A DNA stretch of 64,000 nt from Amoebophrya sp. A120 (Eukaryota > Protista > Dinoflagellata): positions 1,666,538-1,730,537 of the forward strand of contig CAJINV010000015.1 in the NCBI GenBank assembly GCA_905178155.1, read 5' to 3'. Position numbers and translations under genes: made by a program. Under the pieces are notes generated by a model. It was not told the origin of the DNA, did not search any database, and saw nothing but the letters and a program-made list of their open reading frames with translations. Positions 1 through 12,580 of the stretch are shown piece after piece (positions within the stretch are counted from its first letter, which is position 1; each line of letters opens with the position of its first letter).

Positions 1-150
1 TGGCTTTACAAAAGTATTCTTGGCAGATTTTTTTTTCTTGTTTCCATCAAGTTCTATCTAAATCTAACTTCTTGGTTCTATTTCCTTTTCGTTTTCAGCA
101 TGAGAAATTCACTTTGTTTTGCAAGAATGGCATGACAAATCAAACCACAG

Positions 151-962
151 ACATCCACAAGATCCACCACGAGTTCACCGCCCCGAACGCTTTCGCCGCG
201 ATCTACTGCCACCCGATAGAACTTACGCAGTGCAAAAGTATCGTACTCGTACTGAAACTGATTGCGTTTGTGCATTACAGATCTTTTTCTCAATGCAAAT
301 CCGCATTACAAATTCAATCTGTAATGCTAAGTCAATTTGTAATGCAATTTATACTTATTAGTACGATGCTTTTGCAATGCATAGAACTCATCGTCTCCGA
401 CTTCATCCCCCTTGGGGTGGGCCCGCTGCTTCTCAACTCTCACGTCTACGTCTTCCTCTGTTGGGCGTTGTTCGCCGTGCTCGGAACGCAGACCCACCAC
501 AGCGGGTTCAAGTGGCCGTGGGCGAAAGGGTGGGACCATCAGCCCGAGTTTCATGATCTACACCATGCGAAATTTAACGGAAACTACGGGAACATCGGGT
601 TTTTGGACTGGCTGCACGGAACTACACTGCACTTGCCAGTAATACCGAAGACGGTGAAGGAGCCGGTAGACAATGCAGCTACGGGTTCTACATCTACTCC
701 GGATGCAAGTACAATAGAAGGTGCTGCAGCTTCTATATCATCATCACCAACAGCGACAACAGGTCCTTCAACAACAGCCGCAAACACCGCGGAAGCTGCT
801 GCAACATCAGCGAGAAGTAGAATAAAGCTCACAGAAATGACGATGAAGGATAGGAGTGGGGCAATGACCACGACGTCAGGCGCCGGGAGTAGAAGTTCGA
901 GCATCAGCACAACCACGCCGGAAGATGGGATTAAAAGTTCAGCGACGGCTGCGGTGAAGTAG
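151..962 (+). CDS. Sterol desaturase / fatty-acid hydroxylase family protein, 3' part (5' exons upstream of window)
   Basis: His boxes HKIHHEF, QTHHSG, FHDLHHAKFNGNYG; removing introner 224-383 gives YCHPIELIVSDFIP; probable acceptor ACAG at 147-150; Ser/Thr-rich tail. Confidence 0.85.
224..383. mobile_element. Introner family A
   Basis: TACGCAGTGCAAAAG...CTTTTGCAATGCATA; DR GAACT/GAACT. Confidence 0.92.
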
Positions 963-1599
963 GAATTTCGAAAGTTGGCGGGGAGAAGTTTGCGCCGGAT
1001 TAGTTGTTGGAGATCGATGCGGAACGACCGAAGGAGCATACGGAGCAGAAGAAGGTAGCGAGACCGCTTTGTCGCCGCCTATAATCTGCAGCTTTTTTTA
1101 CTTCGACTACTCGCGGCGCCGCTTTCGAAAGGGATTTTGTGTGCAGGAACCATTGATTCTTATTTGAGGTCTGAAGGCGAAAAAGGTTTGTTGATCTTCT
1201 TGTTACGAAGATGCGACTAGGATTAAAACCTGCCTCTGTTCAGCGACCTTTCAAGAAAAAACCGGAAAAGCATGTGCTTTTGAATTTGAACGCGAAGCGC
1301 ATTTTACTGAGTACGCCCGTAAGGAGTGCGTACTTGTTTATCTCGTAAAGATTTTCGTCTGTCCTAACGGCGACAAAAGAACAACTGAACATGATCGAGA
1401 AGTGTCTTCAATTGTTGTTGTGGAGCTGTTTTTACAATGAGCTGCCGCAGTTTTTTGAGTGTATTGCCGTGTTCGCTTGCCATCGTTCCAGATGGACACT
1501 GTTAGTGAGGCGAGATGATAACTGGGAGAGCGACGCTGTTAGTGGCGGCGGAGTTGCTTCGGCCAGCCTCCTGCTTGCAGGAAGCACCGCGGTGCGCGC

Positions 1600-2530
1600 C
1601 GTCGTGGTCACTGCCGCGCGCTGGCGCCGTGCCCTAGCAGCTGCGCCGCTTTTCGAGGCGTAAGCGGGGCCCCGGCCCGCCTTTTCGGGCCCTCGCGGCC
1701 CATCGATCCGCCGAGGGACAGCGCCGCGGCGCGCGTTGCCCTTTCCTGGCTCGCTTGGGGCCCGCATTGGGTCGATGGCTTGCCTGTGAAAGCGGCGCAG
1801 CCCCTGCTGGGGACAACCTGCGCCAACCCCGCCCCGCTCCTTAAAGTGTTGAAGGAAGCACGCCGCCGCGCGTTGCTTGGTTGTGGGGCCGGGCGGGGCC
1901 TTCGGTCTTTCTGGGCCGACGAAATTGCGCCCCTGCCCATCGGGGGCGGCGGCGGGTTTCTAAATATCCCCCCCAAGCTGGGGGGGGGGTATCGGATGGC
2001 GCGAGGCTGATGCGCTGGCGAGCCGGCGCGCCAGCCGCGCGACCTTAGCCGGCCGCGGAAGAGGGGTGGGCCAGTTCGGCGGGAACAAGAGGGAAGAACT
2101 ACCGACCTAAAAGTGGCGAGCTTCCTGCGCGCCCGCGCCTTCGCCGGCGGCAAGCGGCGCGCCCGCCGGCAGTGACGGAGGGAAATGCCCCAAGGGTGGG
2201 CCCTGACTGTCGCCCCCCCGCTTGCATCGGGTTGCCCGCTATAGGCCCCCGCTTCATTCGGCCGGCCAGGTGGGCCGTTTCTTTGCTTCTTTGTTAGTTT
2301 GCAGATAGAAAGCGCCACCCGGGTGGCGCCGACCCCGATGGGCCTCTCGGCGGGGGGCCCGCCTATCTGTCTCGCGTCAGGTTCATTGGCAGCGCGGGGG
2401 ACCTCCGCGGGTTAGCGGCGCAGGCGTCCGCATTTGCCGCAGCCCGGGCGCTAAGGGGCCTCGTCGGGTGAGATGACGCACGCAGGGCGACGTCTGTCGG
2501 TGGGGAAGGCGCCCGCCCGCGGCGCCTCCC
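1600..2530. other. Very GC-rich intergenic segment, possibly repeat-derived; boundaries approximate
   Basis: Abrupt compositional shift; no credible protein; short matches to other GC-rich inserts at about 35.2 kb and 61.7 kb. Confidence 0.35.
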
Positions 2531-3520
2531 TCTATTTTTCGGAAGTTAGTCTGTCAGCCCCAGCGCCTGCCCGCGGGCGGTCAAGAAAGTAGATGACTAG
2601 AAGCGGATATGAAGACCGGCGATGCGCTCGCATTGATGTGAGGGGGGAGTGTTGTGATCCTGCTGTGGAGCAGTTCTTTGCCAGACAGCATGTGCACCCA
2701 AATGCAAATCCTCGCACTGCAATGCTTCTTGTTCTTCCAAAACGGCGCATGGCGAGGCCGAGTTATCTACATCTTACATGCAGCTTGCATGTCGATATCG
2801 ATCTGCGTTAACCCTAGTGAGTGATATGTGAGTATGAGAGCTCCCCACCTGGAAAAATTGACTTGCAAAAGGCGAGAAAGATATTGTGCAGAGAGATGCG
2901 TTGATCGTTATATTAGCTTTCAGGTGCGAGTGCGACGATATCAGTGTGAAGTTGGCAGAGGGGGCTTCATAATCTCGAACGTAGAAAAAATCAAAAACGA
3001 GAAGGACAAGGCACGTTTTGTTGACATGCCGAGAAAGAGAGAGCATGATGTAAGTATACCATAGATTGATGGTCAATTATTCAATGTAAATGTGTGTGTC
3101 GACACGACGGCCAGGACTAGCGATCAGAGCCGGGCCTTCTAAGGAAGCCAAGTCCTTTCGTCTCCCCCATGATTACTTAGCCTTAGACGCGATCTATCGC
3201 TGCCATTCTTTGTTTTGTGAGTATGGATCCTGGCACAGACACTCCATCCTAAAATTTACTAGGAACAAGCGTCCAACCGCGGTTCCTCCTTGAGCGAACA
3301 ATCTCTAGACGTGGCCGGGTACAGAATTTTTCCCAAATTATGAACGAAAATGACGGGCCCTGGTGGGAAACTAGCCTGGGATCGTGGACGGTGAGGCCGA
3401 TCATAGACCTGACTACCTGAAGCTGAACTGCAAGCAGGTTTCAATCAATAAACCGAACAGGACGAGTCGCTGCCGTTGCGAGAATAGAAACAAGTACCGC
3501 TGCTAGCAGCGTTGTGTGAT

Positions 3521-3562
3521 AGATTGGACAGCGAAAGCAACAGATTGGACAGCGAAAGCAAC
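3521..3562 (+). repeat. 21-bp tandem duplication AGATTGGACAGCGAAAGCAAC x2
   Basis: Direct reading. Confidence 0.85.
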
Positions 3563-3685
3563 GCGCTTATAGGACGACGAGAGCATCTGCATCTACGACA
3601 GGAGAAGGAGCAGCTTCCTTTCAACTTCTCCGCTTCTAGTAGCAGTAACCTGGCACCGTCACCGAGAGGAGCAACTTCGTTCAAA

Positions 3686-6167
3686 ATGCAGCAGATCGTG
3701 AGCAGGTACTTGGACTACTATGATCGCCACAAGTCGATCTACCAGGATATGGGATTCTCAAGCGTTACATTCTCAACTGTTACATGGATCCGTCATGCAA
3801 AACTACCTTAAGCCGCCAGATGCTCAAGCTGCTTCGCATGACAAATCTGCGAGGGGCTAGACAGCGCCTAAATCTGTGCGGAACTTGTAATGCAAAAGGC
3901 GCAAACTTCGCCCTTTCACTTTTGCCGTTCTTGCATTACAAGTTCATGTAACAGCTGAGAATGTAACGTCTGAGAACGCCATACAGGAGTCCTGGGCCTA
4001 TGACTTGGGTCCGCTTAATATCCTGAGTAAAAACGTACCCACACCAGAGTTGTAATGCAAATCTGCATGCTGAAAATGTTTCTCATGCGGAGCTCCATGA
4101 GAAGCATTTTCTGGTCGTGTTTTGCAATTTGTCATGCTCCAATCAGCATGGTATGCTAGATCTGTGATGCTGCTGAGCTAGCTCAAACAGCACTACACTA
4201 CGAATCCAGATTTGTCATGCAAAACAGCCAAAACTTGTGGATTTGTCTAGCCGATTCCCCATCTTGACTCTGGTGTGGGTACGTTTTTACTCAGGATACT
4301 TAACCGCATGGCGCCGACCCATGCGCCGCCAGCGCCCGGTTCGTCGGAACGGGAGCCGTTGGCACCGACGGTGCGCTTCGAAATGTCCAGTTTCGCGAGG
4401 GAGGAGAAAGAGGCAGGGAAGGTATGATAGAAGGATTCAGGATGCAGCTGTCGCGGTTTTTGTCATGCGGAATGGGAATGGGAATCAATGGCAAGTGTGT
4501 TTTCTCATGCATGAGAATCGATGCTAGTTGATGTTGAACTTGAAAATCCAAATACATCTCTCGAAATTTTTTTCTCAAAACAGACCGGCACCATTGTCGG
4601 TTTCCTCCACGGCGGTCGGCCCACCGGTGCGGTCGTCCCCCCGCAGGTCGAGTTTCTCCACCAGCGCATGCTGAAAGGCGACGACCGGCCGGCGTCAAAG
4701 CACGACCAACAGAGAACCGTGAAGCAGCACGAAGTGCTCCACCCGTCCCTGCGGGTGTTATCGCAGCATCTGGACGAGAAACGCATGCTGAACAAGTCCC
4801 ACGAATTGACGTCCAAGTTGAAATCGACGGAGCTATCCTGTGCAAAAGTATCGTACTCGTAGTCATTGCAAATATGCATGACAAATATTTTTCCCAGGGC
4901 AAAACAGCATTACAAATTCCATTTTCCTTCTTGCCAAAATTTGTCATGCAATTTATACTAGGGCGATACTTTTGCAATGCATAGGAGCACAGCATCAGCG
5001 ATCTGGAGAAGAGGAACATGGCGGTGCGGAACTTAACGGAAGCGATGCACAGTCGCTGGGAGGATTACGCCGAGGACGGGATCAACGAGATCTTCGGGAA
5101 GGCTATCAATTGGAAATATGTCTGGGTCTGGGAGATTGCGAAGCTTGTCATGCTAGTCTGGCATGCCTCTGGACTCTGTGTTGCGTGGCCGCAAAGAGCT
5201 CCTGTGGCCTGCCGTGCAAAATAAACGCAGTTTCTCATGCGGAGTAGGCAATTCAGAACCACGAAAAAAGTTGTCATGCTTGGCAGCGCATTACAGCGTG
5301 CTCGCTATTCCCTTCCTTGCATCACAAGTTTCCAGACTACCCAGACATATTTGCAATGCATAAAAGCGCGACTGCGGGCGAAGATCGATTTGCAGGAGGC
5401 GGAAGCGAAGGCGTTGAACCCGGACATGGAAATGCACCGGGACCCGGAGACGGGGGAGAAAATTCCGGTGGTCTTGGACATGTTGGCGGTGCCAGCGGCG
5501 AAAGTCGGGTACAGAATTTGTAAGGTGATTCGCATGACGAACGAATGGATCGATGCAAATGCACAGCACATTACAAGCTACGTAGATTTTTGTAAGTTCC
5601 TCGACGCGAGGCAAAAAGATCAAAAGCTAAGCATTATCAATCTAAAACAGTTTCGGCGTCCACGGGTTAAAATCCATTTGCCAAGAAGACCCGGACGACC
5701 AGGAGCTGCCCATCTACCCCCGCTACAGCCACCTCTTCTTCAAAGAATGTGATTTGGTGTTCGATTTCGAAGAGACCTACCCGGTGGTCCGCGACGTGAT
5801 GATGCGTCAGACCGGCACCCGCCCCGCGATAGAACGCGGTCACCGGTTGATGAAGGTGAATCACATCAAGGTGAACACCCTGGACTACCCGGAGATTGTC
5901 GCGGAACTGACAAAGCGCCCCCTCATGCTGGAGTTCGAAGCCCGGCCGGCGGAACGGGCAGCCTGCGAGATTTCCATCCGAAATCAGGAAAACGCGTACG
6001 TCGGCGGGCCGGAAAAGCTGTTCGCGCAGCGAATGCCACCGCGGATCGGCGGCTTTAAATCCGACTTCATTCGGGACGTGCGGATCCCGCAGCACAAGAA
6101 GTGGAACGAAAGACACGCGTACCAGGTGCTGCGACAAAAAGCGAAGAAAGTGCTCGGGGAAAGCTAG
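3686..6167 (+). CDS. Hypothetical protein with C-terminal PDZ-like segment; 4 introners and 2 GT-AG introns; start uncertain
   Basis: Frame restored across elements (KSIYQESWAYDLGPLNRMAP...KSTEHSISDLEKRNMAV...GKARLRAK); GHRLMKVNHIKVNTLDYPEIVAELTKRPLMLEF resembles the second half of a PDZ domain. Confidence 0.75.
3748..3983. mobile_element. Introner family E
   Basis: TATGGGATTCTCAAGCGTTACATTCTCA...TGAGAATGTAACGTCTGAGAACGCCATA; DR CAGGA. Confidence 0.93.
4019..4298. mobile_element. Introner family C
   Basis: Perfect TIR of about 30 bp TATCCTGAGTAAAAACGTACCCACACCAGAGT; DR CTTAA. Confidence 0.95.
4834..4983. mobile_element. Introner family A
   Basis: TATCCTGTGCAAAAGTATCG...CGATACTTTTGCAATGCATA; DR GGAGC. 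Confidence 0.93.
5104..5362. mobile_element. Introner family B
   Basis: TATCAATTGGAAATATGTCTGGGT...ACCCAGACATATTTGCAATGCATA; DR AAGGC/AAAGC. Confidence 0.92.
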
Positions 6168-6812
6168 ACGGGAGGGAGTTTTGAGAACAATATGCCGATG
6201 TGGCTCGTCTACCGCGGTGTCGCCACGTTGGTCGGAGCAGGATTTTGCTTTCTCGAAAAAGCAAGCGCGACACGACCCTTCTGTACAATCAATCTTTCCA
6301 AATCGACAAATCGGGACTTCTAAATGTACGATGGAGCCCCGAGCCCGTCTTCACCAGCCGCAAATGCACCTTTCACAACCCAGCAATAATACGTGCGACC
6401 ACGCTGCTCGCCGAGTGGTCTTTGTAGAATTTAAAACCTCCTGTGACATGTACGAGCGTTATTTGAGATGCAGCTTTGTAAATTTAAATGAAGCAACGAG
6501 GTAATACATGAGGACTCCCTACAAGTGACGGCTGTAGAAGCAGCCGGTTTTGCCTTTCCGTTCTAGGTCTGTTCTGTGTTTACCGGAATTTTGCTCGGTC
6601 GTGGTTCATTACTCGATTTTACTCCTGTTCTATGTTCATGTTCGGTCTTGCTTGTGCAGAGACAAAGATCGCACGTAAGTTGTTCTTTCAGGTCGGTATG
6701 TTGGCGTCGTCTGGAATTGATCTTGAGACTTGTTAAATCGATCCAAATGCCTTCATTTCCAACCTCTTTTCTAGACGGGAAGTGAAAGTTTTAAATCTAG
6801 TACACCGTCACC

Positions 6813-9777
6813 ATGCGTCGCCTCCGTACGCGAGGCTGTGCGTTGCGCACAACCGGCGCGTTTGCCTTAGCCACAACCGCCCAGTCTTCCCAAGTTTCCC
6901 CCGTCGAGAAGGTGATTGAACTTCTTTCCAAGATGAAGGCCACCGGGATAAAGGAGAAAAACGCGGAACAAATCGAAGCTTCCACCTTCGCGCAGCACTG
7001 CACAGACAGCATTGAAAACTTAACCGAGGAAGTCGCTGAAACGAAGGAGAAGATCGAGGAACAGGAAGCGATTATCGCGAAGTCGCAGGCGACGATGGAC
7101 GAGCTGTCCGATGACATCGCTACATTAGAAGAAGAAATCGCGAACGACAAAGCGGACGCCAGTGCCGCAAGGGAAATCCGGGAATTGGAAAAAGCGGACT
7201 TCCAAAAAGCGAATTTAGACTACTCCGAGTCTTTAGACGCTTTGTCCCGGGCGATCGAACTGTTGAAGTCGAAATCAGTGACCAAAGCCGCCGCAGAAAC
7301 GTTTTTTGTGCAACTGAAGAAAGCGGATAGTAGTTCCTCCAGATCGTTACTCGCGGTGACAGAACAAGTTACTAGCTTCTTGCAGCAACAATCTAAAGCA
7401 GTCGCTCCGCCACAGGGGAAGGATTACGGTTACCAGTCGGCCATGGGCGGTGTGATCGATATGTTGGTGGAGTTGCAAGAGAAGTTCGACAAGGAGAGAC
7501 AGGAGTTGGTCAAAGAGGAGACGGAAGCGGCACACGCGTACGAAATTCTAGCGGAAGAGAAAGCAACGTCAAATAAGAACGACAAGGCCACGATTGACAG
7601 GAAGGCGGCGGCGAAGGGTACAGAAGTAGAGACGTTTTCGATTTTTGTCCGACAGTCAAATTTAGATTTGGAAGCAGTGTCAGATTCAATCTTGGAAGAT
7701 GCTATGGTCCTATGTATCATGCACACTGACATCTAGCCGCATGCTTGTCCGGAAATCTAAATCCTAAAACTGAAACTGATCCCAGGCAAGGCCGGCGCGA
7801 AGAAGGGTGAGGCTGAGGGAGCAAAGGGTGAATTAGTCAACGATCTCGAGGACACTAAGACCACGCTCAAAGACACGAAGGCCGACTGCAAGCTCAACAA
7901 CGCTCTGTACGCCAAGCAGGACGCGCTCCGCGCCGACGAGATCGACGCTTTAAGTCAGGCGATTGACATCATGGCCTCTGCCACGGTCTCTGACGCCGAG
8001 AAGAAGCACGTTGGGCTGAACCAAGTTGCTACCAGCTTCTTGCAGTTCAATGGAGGTAAAAATCTGATATATAACCTTAACATTTTCCTGGTCGTATGAG
8101 TCAGTGTGAGCATGCATTTAGATTCAGATTCAGTTGTTCCGAGGTAGATTAGTCCACTCCGCCATCAATTTTCCAAAGAAGCGGTGTTTGCATGAACGTC
8201 AAAAGCAAATTTAAATCAAAATCCCCTTCCAGCCAACGACTCGACGCAGCAACAGCTCCGTGACCAACTCGTCCAGATCTTGTCCAAGACCACCAACAAC
8301 CACAAGTTGTCCCAGACGCTGAAGCTCCTCACCGTGAAAATTGAGGCGGGATCTCCGTTCAAAAAGGTGTTGAAGATGATTTTCGACATGATCAGCAAGC
8401 TGCAGAAGCAGGCGACGGAAGAGGCAGAGGCGCACGGCTGGTGCCAGGGGAAACTATCCTCCTCGAAGTTAGAAGTGGAAGATAAGACCGACCAGGTTGC
8501 GGATTTGACGAATCAGAAGGAGGCTTTGGACGCAAAAGTCGGGAAACTGACGGAAGAAATCGCGAAATTGACCGAGGAGATCAAGTTCTTAACCCAGGAC
8601 CGCGCGACTGCCACTTCCACTCGTGCGAAGCAGAAAGAGGAAAACGAGTTGAAGATCAAGGAGTCTAGCGAGGGTGAGGCGGCCGTTGCGAACGCGATTT
8701 CGATTTTGAAGGAGTTCTACGAGGGCGGAGCGACGTCCGCGGCGGAAGATGAAGGGAAGGAGACTGCCACGGAGGTTTACGGGGGACAGCAAGGTATAGT
8801 GTTGTACTTGTAATGGGTTTTTCTTTTTTCAGTATGAAAAAATGAGAATGACACGATTTAGGTTTGCAGTTGTTGAGTTTGTCATGCCGGTTTCCGTACT
8901 TACGCAAAGATTTGTGTTTCGGATCTCCATGGGCAAAATCGAAAAACTCTAAATACGACTACAGCCGAAGCCGGCGGTGTGATGGACATCATGTCTGTGA
9001 TCGAGCAGGACTTTATCCCACGAAAAAGACCTCTCCCCATCTACTTTTTCATGCAGAACAAGGAGCGTACGCGTAGAAATAGGGATAGCTGCTGGTGTAG
9101 TTTGTCATGCAAAACATGGATGAGGAGGTGTTGCTTTTTTTCTGTGGATTCATTTCGCCCGCGTCGTCGCGGAGACCACTGAAGCCGAGTCGCAGCAGGC
9201 TGCGGATTACAAAAAGCTCATGAACAGCTCCGAGGTTACGGTCGAGGTGAAAAAAACCGAAAAAGCGCACAACAGCAAACTCCTCGGGCAGGCCAAGAAG
9301 GACAACGAGGCCGTCTCCGGTATCCTGAGCAAGAACGTCCCCACCACATAGTCATCAAGTTGGTAAATCTACAACACAAGTCTCCGAGTTTTGAGAATTA
9401 TGCATGACAAGTGTCCATCTGTAAGAGGGTAGCGCTGCTTAGGAAGGACAGCAGCATCACAAAGACGCCTGCTTATCCTGTTTACAGCATTACAAATCCC
9501 AGAACACGACTTCAAATTCTTCTCTTGCGGATGGGTATTACAGATTTTTCTGCAGATGCAAATGTGCATGACAACTATGGCGGGGGCGTTTTTAAATAGG
9601 ATATCCGGCCAGTTGGGCGAGATGAAGGAGATTCTGACAGCCGCACAGGAACAGTACGACGGGTTCGTGAAGCAGTGCGACACAGGGTTGACGTTTGAAG
9701 AGCGGATGGAAGCGCGGAAGGCGGAGATTCAAAGTTTGAAGGAGGCGTTGACGGTGTTGGAGAACTCCGGGGTGTAG
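6813..9777 (+). CDS. Long coiled-coil protein resembling an expanded uncharacterised dinoflagellate family; 3 GT-AG introns and 2 introners
   Basis: Motifs SPVEKVIELL, YQSAMGGVIDML, PFKKVLKMIFDMISKL..EA..HGWC, C...TFEERMEARKAEIQSLKEAL; internal two-fold repeat structure. Confidence 0.8.
9014..9150. mobile_element. Degenerate short introner (family I-like)
   Basis: TATCCCACGAAAAAGACCTCTCCCCATC...GATGAGGAGGTG...TTTTCTGTGGATT; DR decayed GACTT/CATTT; removal gives EQDFARVVAET. Confidence 0.75.
9321..9603. mobile_element. Introner family C
   Basis: TATCCTGAGCAAGAACGTCCCC...GGGGCGTTTTTAAATAGGATA; DR TCCGG. Confidence 0.92.
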
Positions 9778-10003
9778 GGGATATAATGATTGGAAAATAA
9801 TTAAAAATTGAAGATCAGTTATTTCTGTTTCACTAGCGGACCACATTTGTACTTTATCAGCTGGACGAAAGCACGATCTTCTTCTTTCGAAGTCACCAAC
9901 AACATTGCACCAGAAGTGCACACAACTTGTTTCCTTTTGAGTTTCAATTTTGCGCAGCACACAGTTCGATAGACCATTCCACAACCTTGCTGCAGCGCTT
10001 TTT

Positions 10004-10161
10004 TTTTGATGTTTTTTCAATGACTTTATAGCAATGACTTTACTAAACTTTTGATGTTTTTTCAATGACTTTATAGCAAATACACTCAAATACACAAGAA
10101 AACGGAACGCGTAAAAATCCTCGTTCTGTTCTTTTTGATGTTTTTTCAATGACTTTATAGC
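10004..10161 (+). repeat. Three copies of TTTTGATGTTTTTTCAATGACTTTATAGC
   Basis: Copies near 10004, 10049 and 10133. Confidence 0.8.
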
Positions 10162-11251
10162 TTAATTTTCCGTATGTTTCTGTTTCAACTGTATGAGGTG
10201 TCTGTAGATGGGTCTTCAGTGGTGACGTTGGCTGTTGTTTGCTGCGAAATATTTTTGCGGAGTTGGTGCTTTCCCTTTCTGCATCTGCTCTACGGATGCA
10301 AGATTTAGGGTTTAGGGTGGAGGAGACGAGTTGGTCCAGAGTCCAAACCTGCTGATATTGTACAGTGCATGAACAAGAAAGACAAACAGAGGAACATATC
10401 TGATCTACATAGGAACAAGCTGGGAAGAGAGTAGAGTAGTGACTCTTGACTCTAGCACTCAGTTCCGCGATTTTGTAGACCTCCGCCCGCCTAGCACTCA
10501 GTCTTGCCTGTATTATCGGTCTTGTCTTTTTGCTTTTGGTTTTGATGTACCTACTTTATGAAACAAGAACGTCTACCATTATCCGCTATTCCCATTTGCA
10601 CCTCGGTTGACTCCCGGAAAAATTTCGGTCATTGTTGTGGTCGTGGACATTTTGACATTTCGTCCTGAAATGCAACCTTGTGTTGCTTCGTTCCAATTTC
10701 AAATTGTCGTCGCAGTGCTCCTCGTCGTATGGAGCCCGATCGGTGGTCTGTCAAACCGCAGCGCATGATATCGTACTTGTCGGTCGTGCGAACGGTATTA
10801 CGTTTCTGTACCTCCTCATTTCCTCGTCGAACTGCAAATCTTTATGAAGAAGCACGCATTTCGATTTCCACGCCAAGCAAAGACCGAGACGTGCTTCAAT
10901 CATAAAAATATCTTCACTGTGCACAGGAGAATCTTCCGCTGCCCCCAGTAGCGTGAAGGAGCTACTCAAATTGAACGTATGATCGTAACCCTTGTCGAGC
11001 TCGAACCGGTTGTACCTCCTCAGAGTAAGTTATAGAAGATGACTCTCATTTTCACCTACATCTCCCCGTGTCTGTACACGACTTTCACGGTAATTCTAGC
11101 TCTCCCCCTACTCCTCTTGATCGCTCTCCTTCTCGCCATCCCGTTCACACACGTGAAAAACCGTTTTTCTGCGTTGAAAAAGGTGTCGAAGGACACGCTC
11201 AATGCGGTCCCCGGGAGAACCTATTCGTATCTTTAGAAGTGGACGTCGTGT

Positions 11252-12550
11252 ATGCCTGAACTAGTACCTGAGCAGGAGCAGCTGCCCAGGAGGATGCAGG
11301 AGCAGGCGGCGGGTTCTGGTACTGTTGAGCCAATCGCTGTTGACGAACGAATCTTGCGACCACATGAGTTGGGTGGCGCGGCTGCGGGCACCAGTCTTGG
11401 GAGCAATGTTTCCACAAGACGCACGACTTCTTCGCGACAAAACAGTAGTTCGACAGCAGCGGCATTCGGCGCCTTCAGCAAGCAGATCAAGGACATCGTC
11501 CCGGTCCCGGGTGTGGCGGAAAGTCTGGAAGTGTTCGCTTTTTTAGGCGAATACAGTGTGGTGTGCATCCAAGATGCTATTACGGCGGAAAGAGAACAAC
11601 GACCCGTGGTTGGCAAAAGGGCGCGTCCAGTGAGTCCGAGTGTTCTTGAAGGCTCGCAAGGTCGTGTGACTGATCTTCATGGCAACCCGAACGAGCCAGT
11701 GGCCGACGAACATGACATTGTCATTGCAGCTGTTCAACCATCGGACAAGACCGGTGATGGCGCCTCGGATTTGGCAGACATGAAGCAGGGAGAAAAGATC
11801 GGACTGAAGCAAAAGCCCGTGGCAAGAACTTCTGTGCGCCCTGCTGTTGTCTCCAGTTCACCCAGCACACCACCAGCTGCAGGACTACCGGTTGTAGAAG
11901 ATGCCTCCGCAAGGTTAGAAGTACCCGTGGTCGCAACATCAAAACCATTCGCAGCACCCGAGGCTGTCGTGTCTGTGTCACCCCCAGTCGACGTGCAAGA
12001 AGAGGCTGACGCTGAAGAGGTATCTGTGGATGTCGCGGCGCAGCAAATGACTCCCGGAACAACTACTCCGGTAACTGTATTTGAGGATCCGGAAACGGCC
12101 TCTACTGCAGCAATTGACCTGAAAGATCCGCCGACGGCTTCCCCGCCTCAAGAAAAATCATCTCCAATGAAGATACCCCAGTCAGCGCCCGTTTTGTCGA
12201 AGAACCACGCGAAACAGGAACCCGCGTCCGTGTCCGCGCAAGCACAGGAGCCGCGACTATCCTCGCAGCGGGGGGAGACAGACAAAGACAACAACAACAT
12301 CGACCCGAGCATGCCTTTTCTTCCCGACAACGCGACGGAAGAGGAAAAAGAGGCGTACAATCGCCAGTTGCAAGCGAAATTAAACAAGAAATTGCAGTTA
12401 TCGAAGCTGAAGCCGACGCGGGGGTCGGTTGCGGACCGGTACGTGTCCAGTGTGGCGGCGAAAAACAAGGAACAGGTAGAGAAAACGCCGCACCGGAGGA
12501 CGGACGATGGAGAATTTCTGAAGGTGGAATTGGAGAGGACGCCGCGGTAG
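11252..12550 (+). CDS. Hypothetical low-complexity Pro/Ala/Glu/Ser-rich protein, intronless in this span
   Basis: 432-aa ORF on the same strand as all neighbours; start uncertain (short hydrophobic ORF at 11039-11236 upstream). Confidence 0.65.
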   Translation: MPELVPEQEQLPRRMQEQAAGSGTVEPIAVDERILRPHELGGAAAGTSLGSNVSTRRTTSSRQNSSSTAAAFGAFSKQIKDIVPVPGVAESLEVFAFLGEYSVVCIQDAITAEREQRPVVGKRARPVSPSVLEGSQGRVTDLHGNPNEPVADEHDIVIAAVQPSDKTGDGASDLADMKQGEKIGLKQKPVARTSVRPAVVSSSPSTPPAAGLPVVEDASARLEVPVVATSKPFAAPEAVVSVSPPVDVQEEADAEEVSVDVAAQQMTPGTTTPVTVFEDPETASTAAIDLKDPPTASPPQEKSSPMKIPQSAPVLSKNHAKQEPASVSAQAQEPRLSSQRGETDKDNNNIDPSMPFLPDNATEEEKEAYNRQLQAKLNKKLQLSKLKPTRGSVADRYVSSVAAKNKEQVEKTPHRRTDDGEFLKVELERTPR

Positions 12551-12580
12551 GTGTTAAAAATACGAGGAGGTCGTGAGAAA

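Noticed and set aside
1391-3444. ORFs in the GC-rich intergenic block and downstream
   Set aside because: Arg/Ala/Pro/Gly-rich overlapping ORFs on both strands typical of stop-poor GC DNA; no motifs
4019-5362. Repeat-spacer appearance suggesting a CRISPR array
   Set aside because: Repeats are inverted termini of dispersed elements, the spacers are exons, there are no cas genes and the context is eukaryotic
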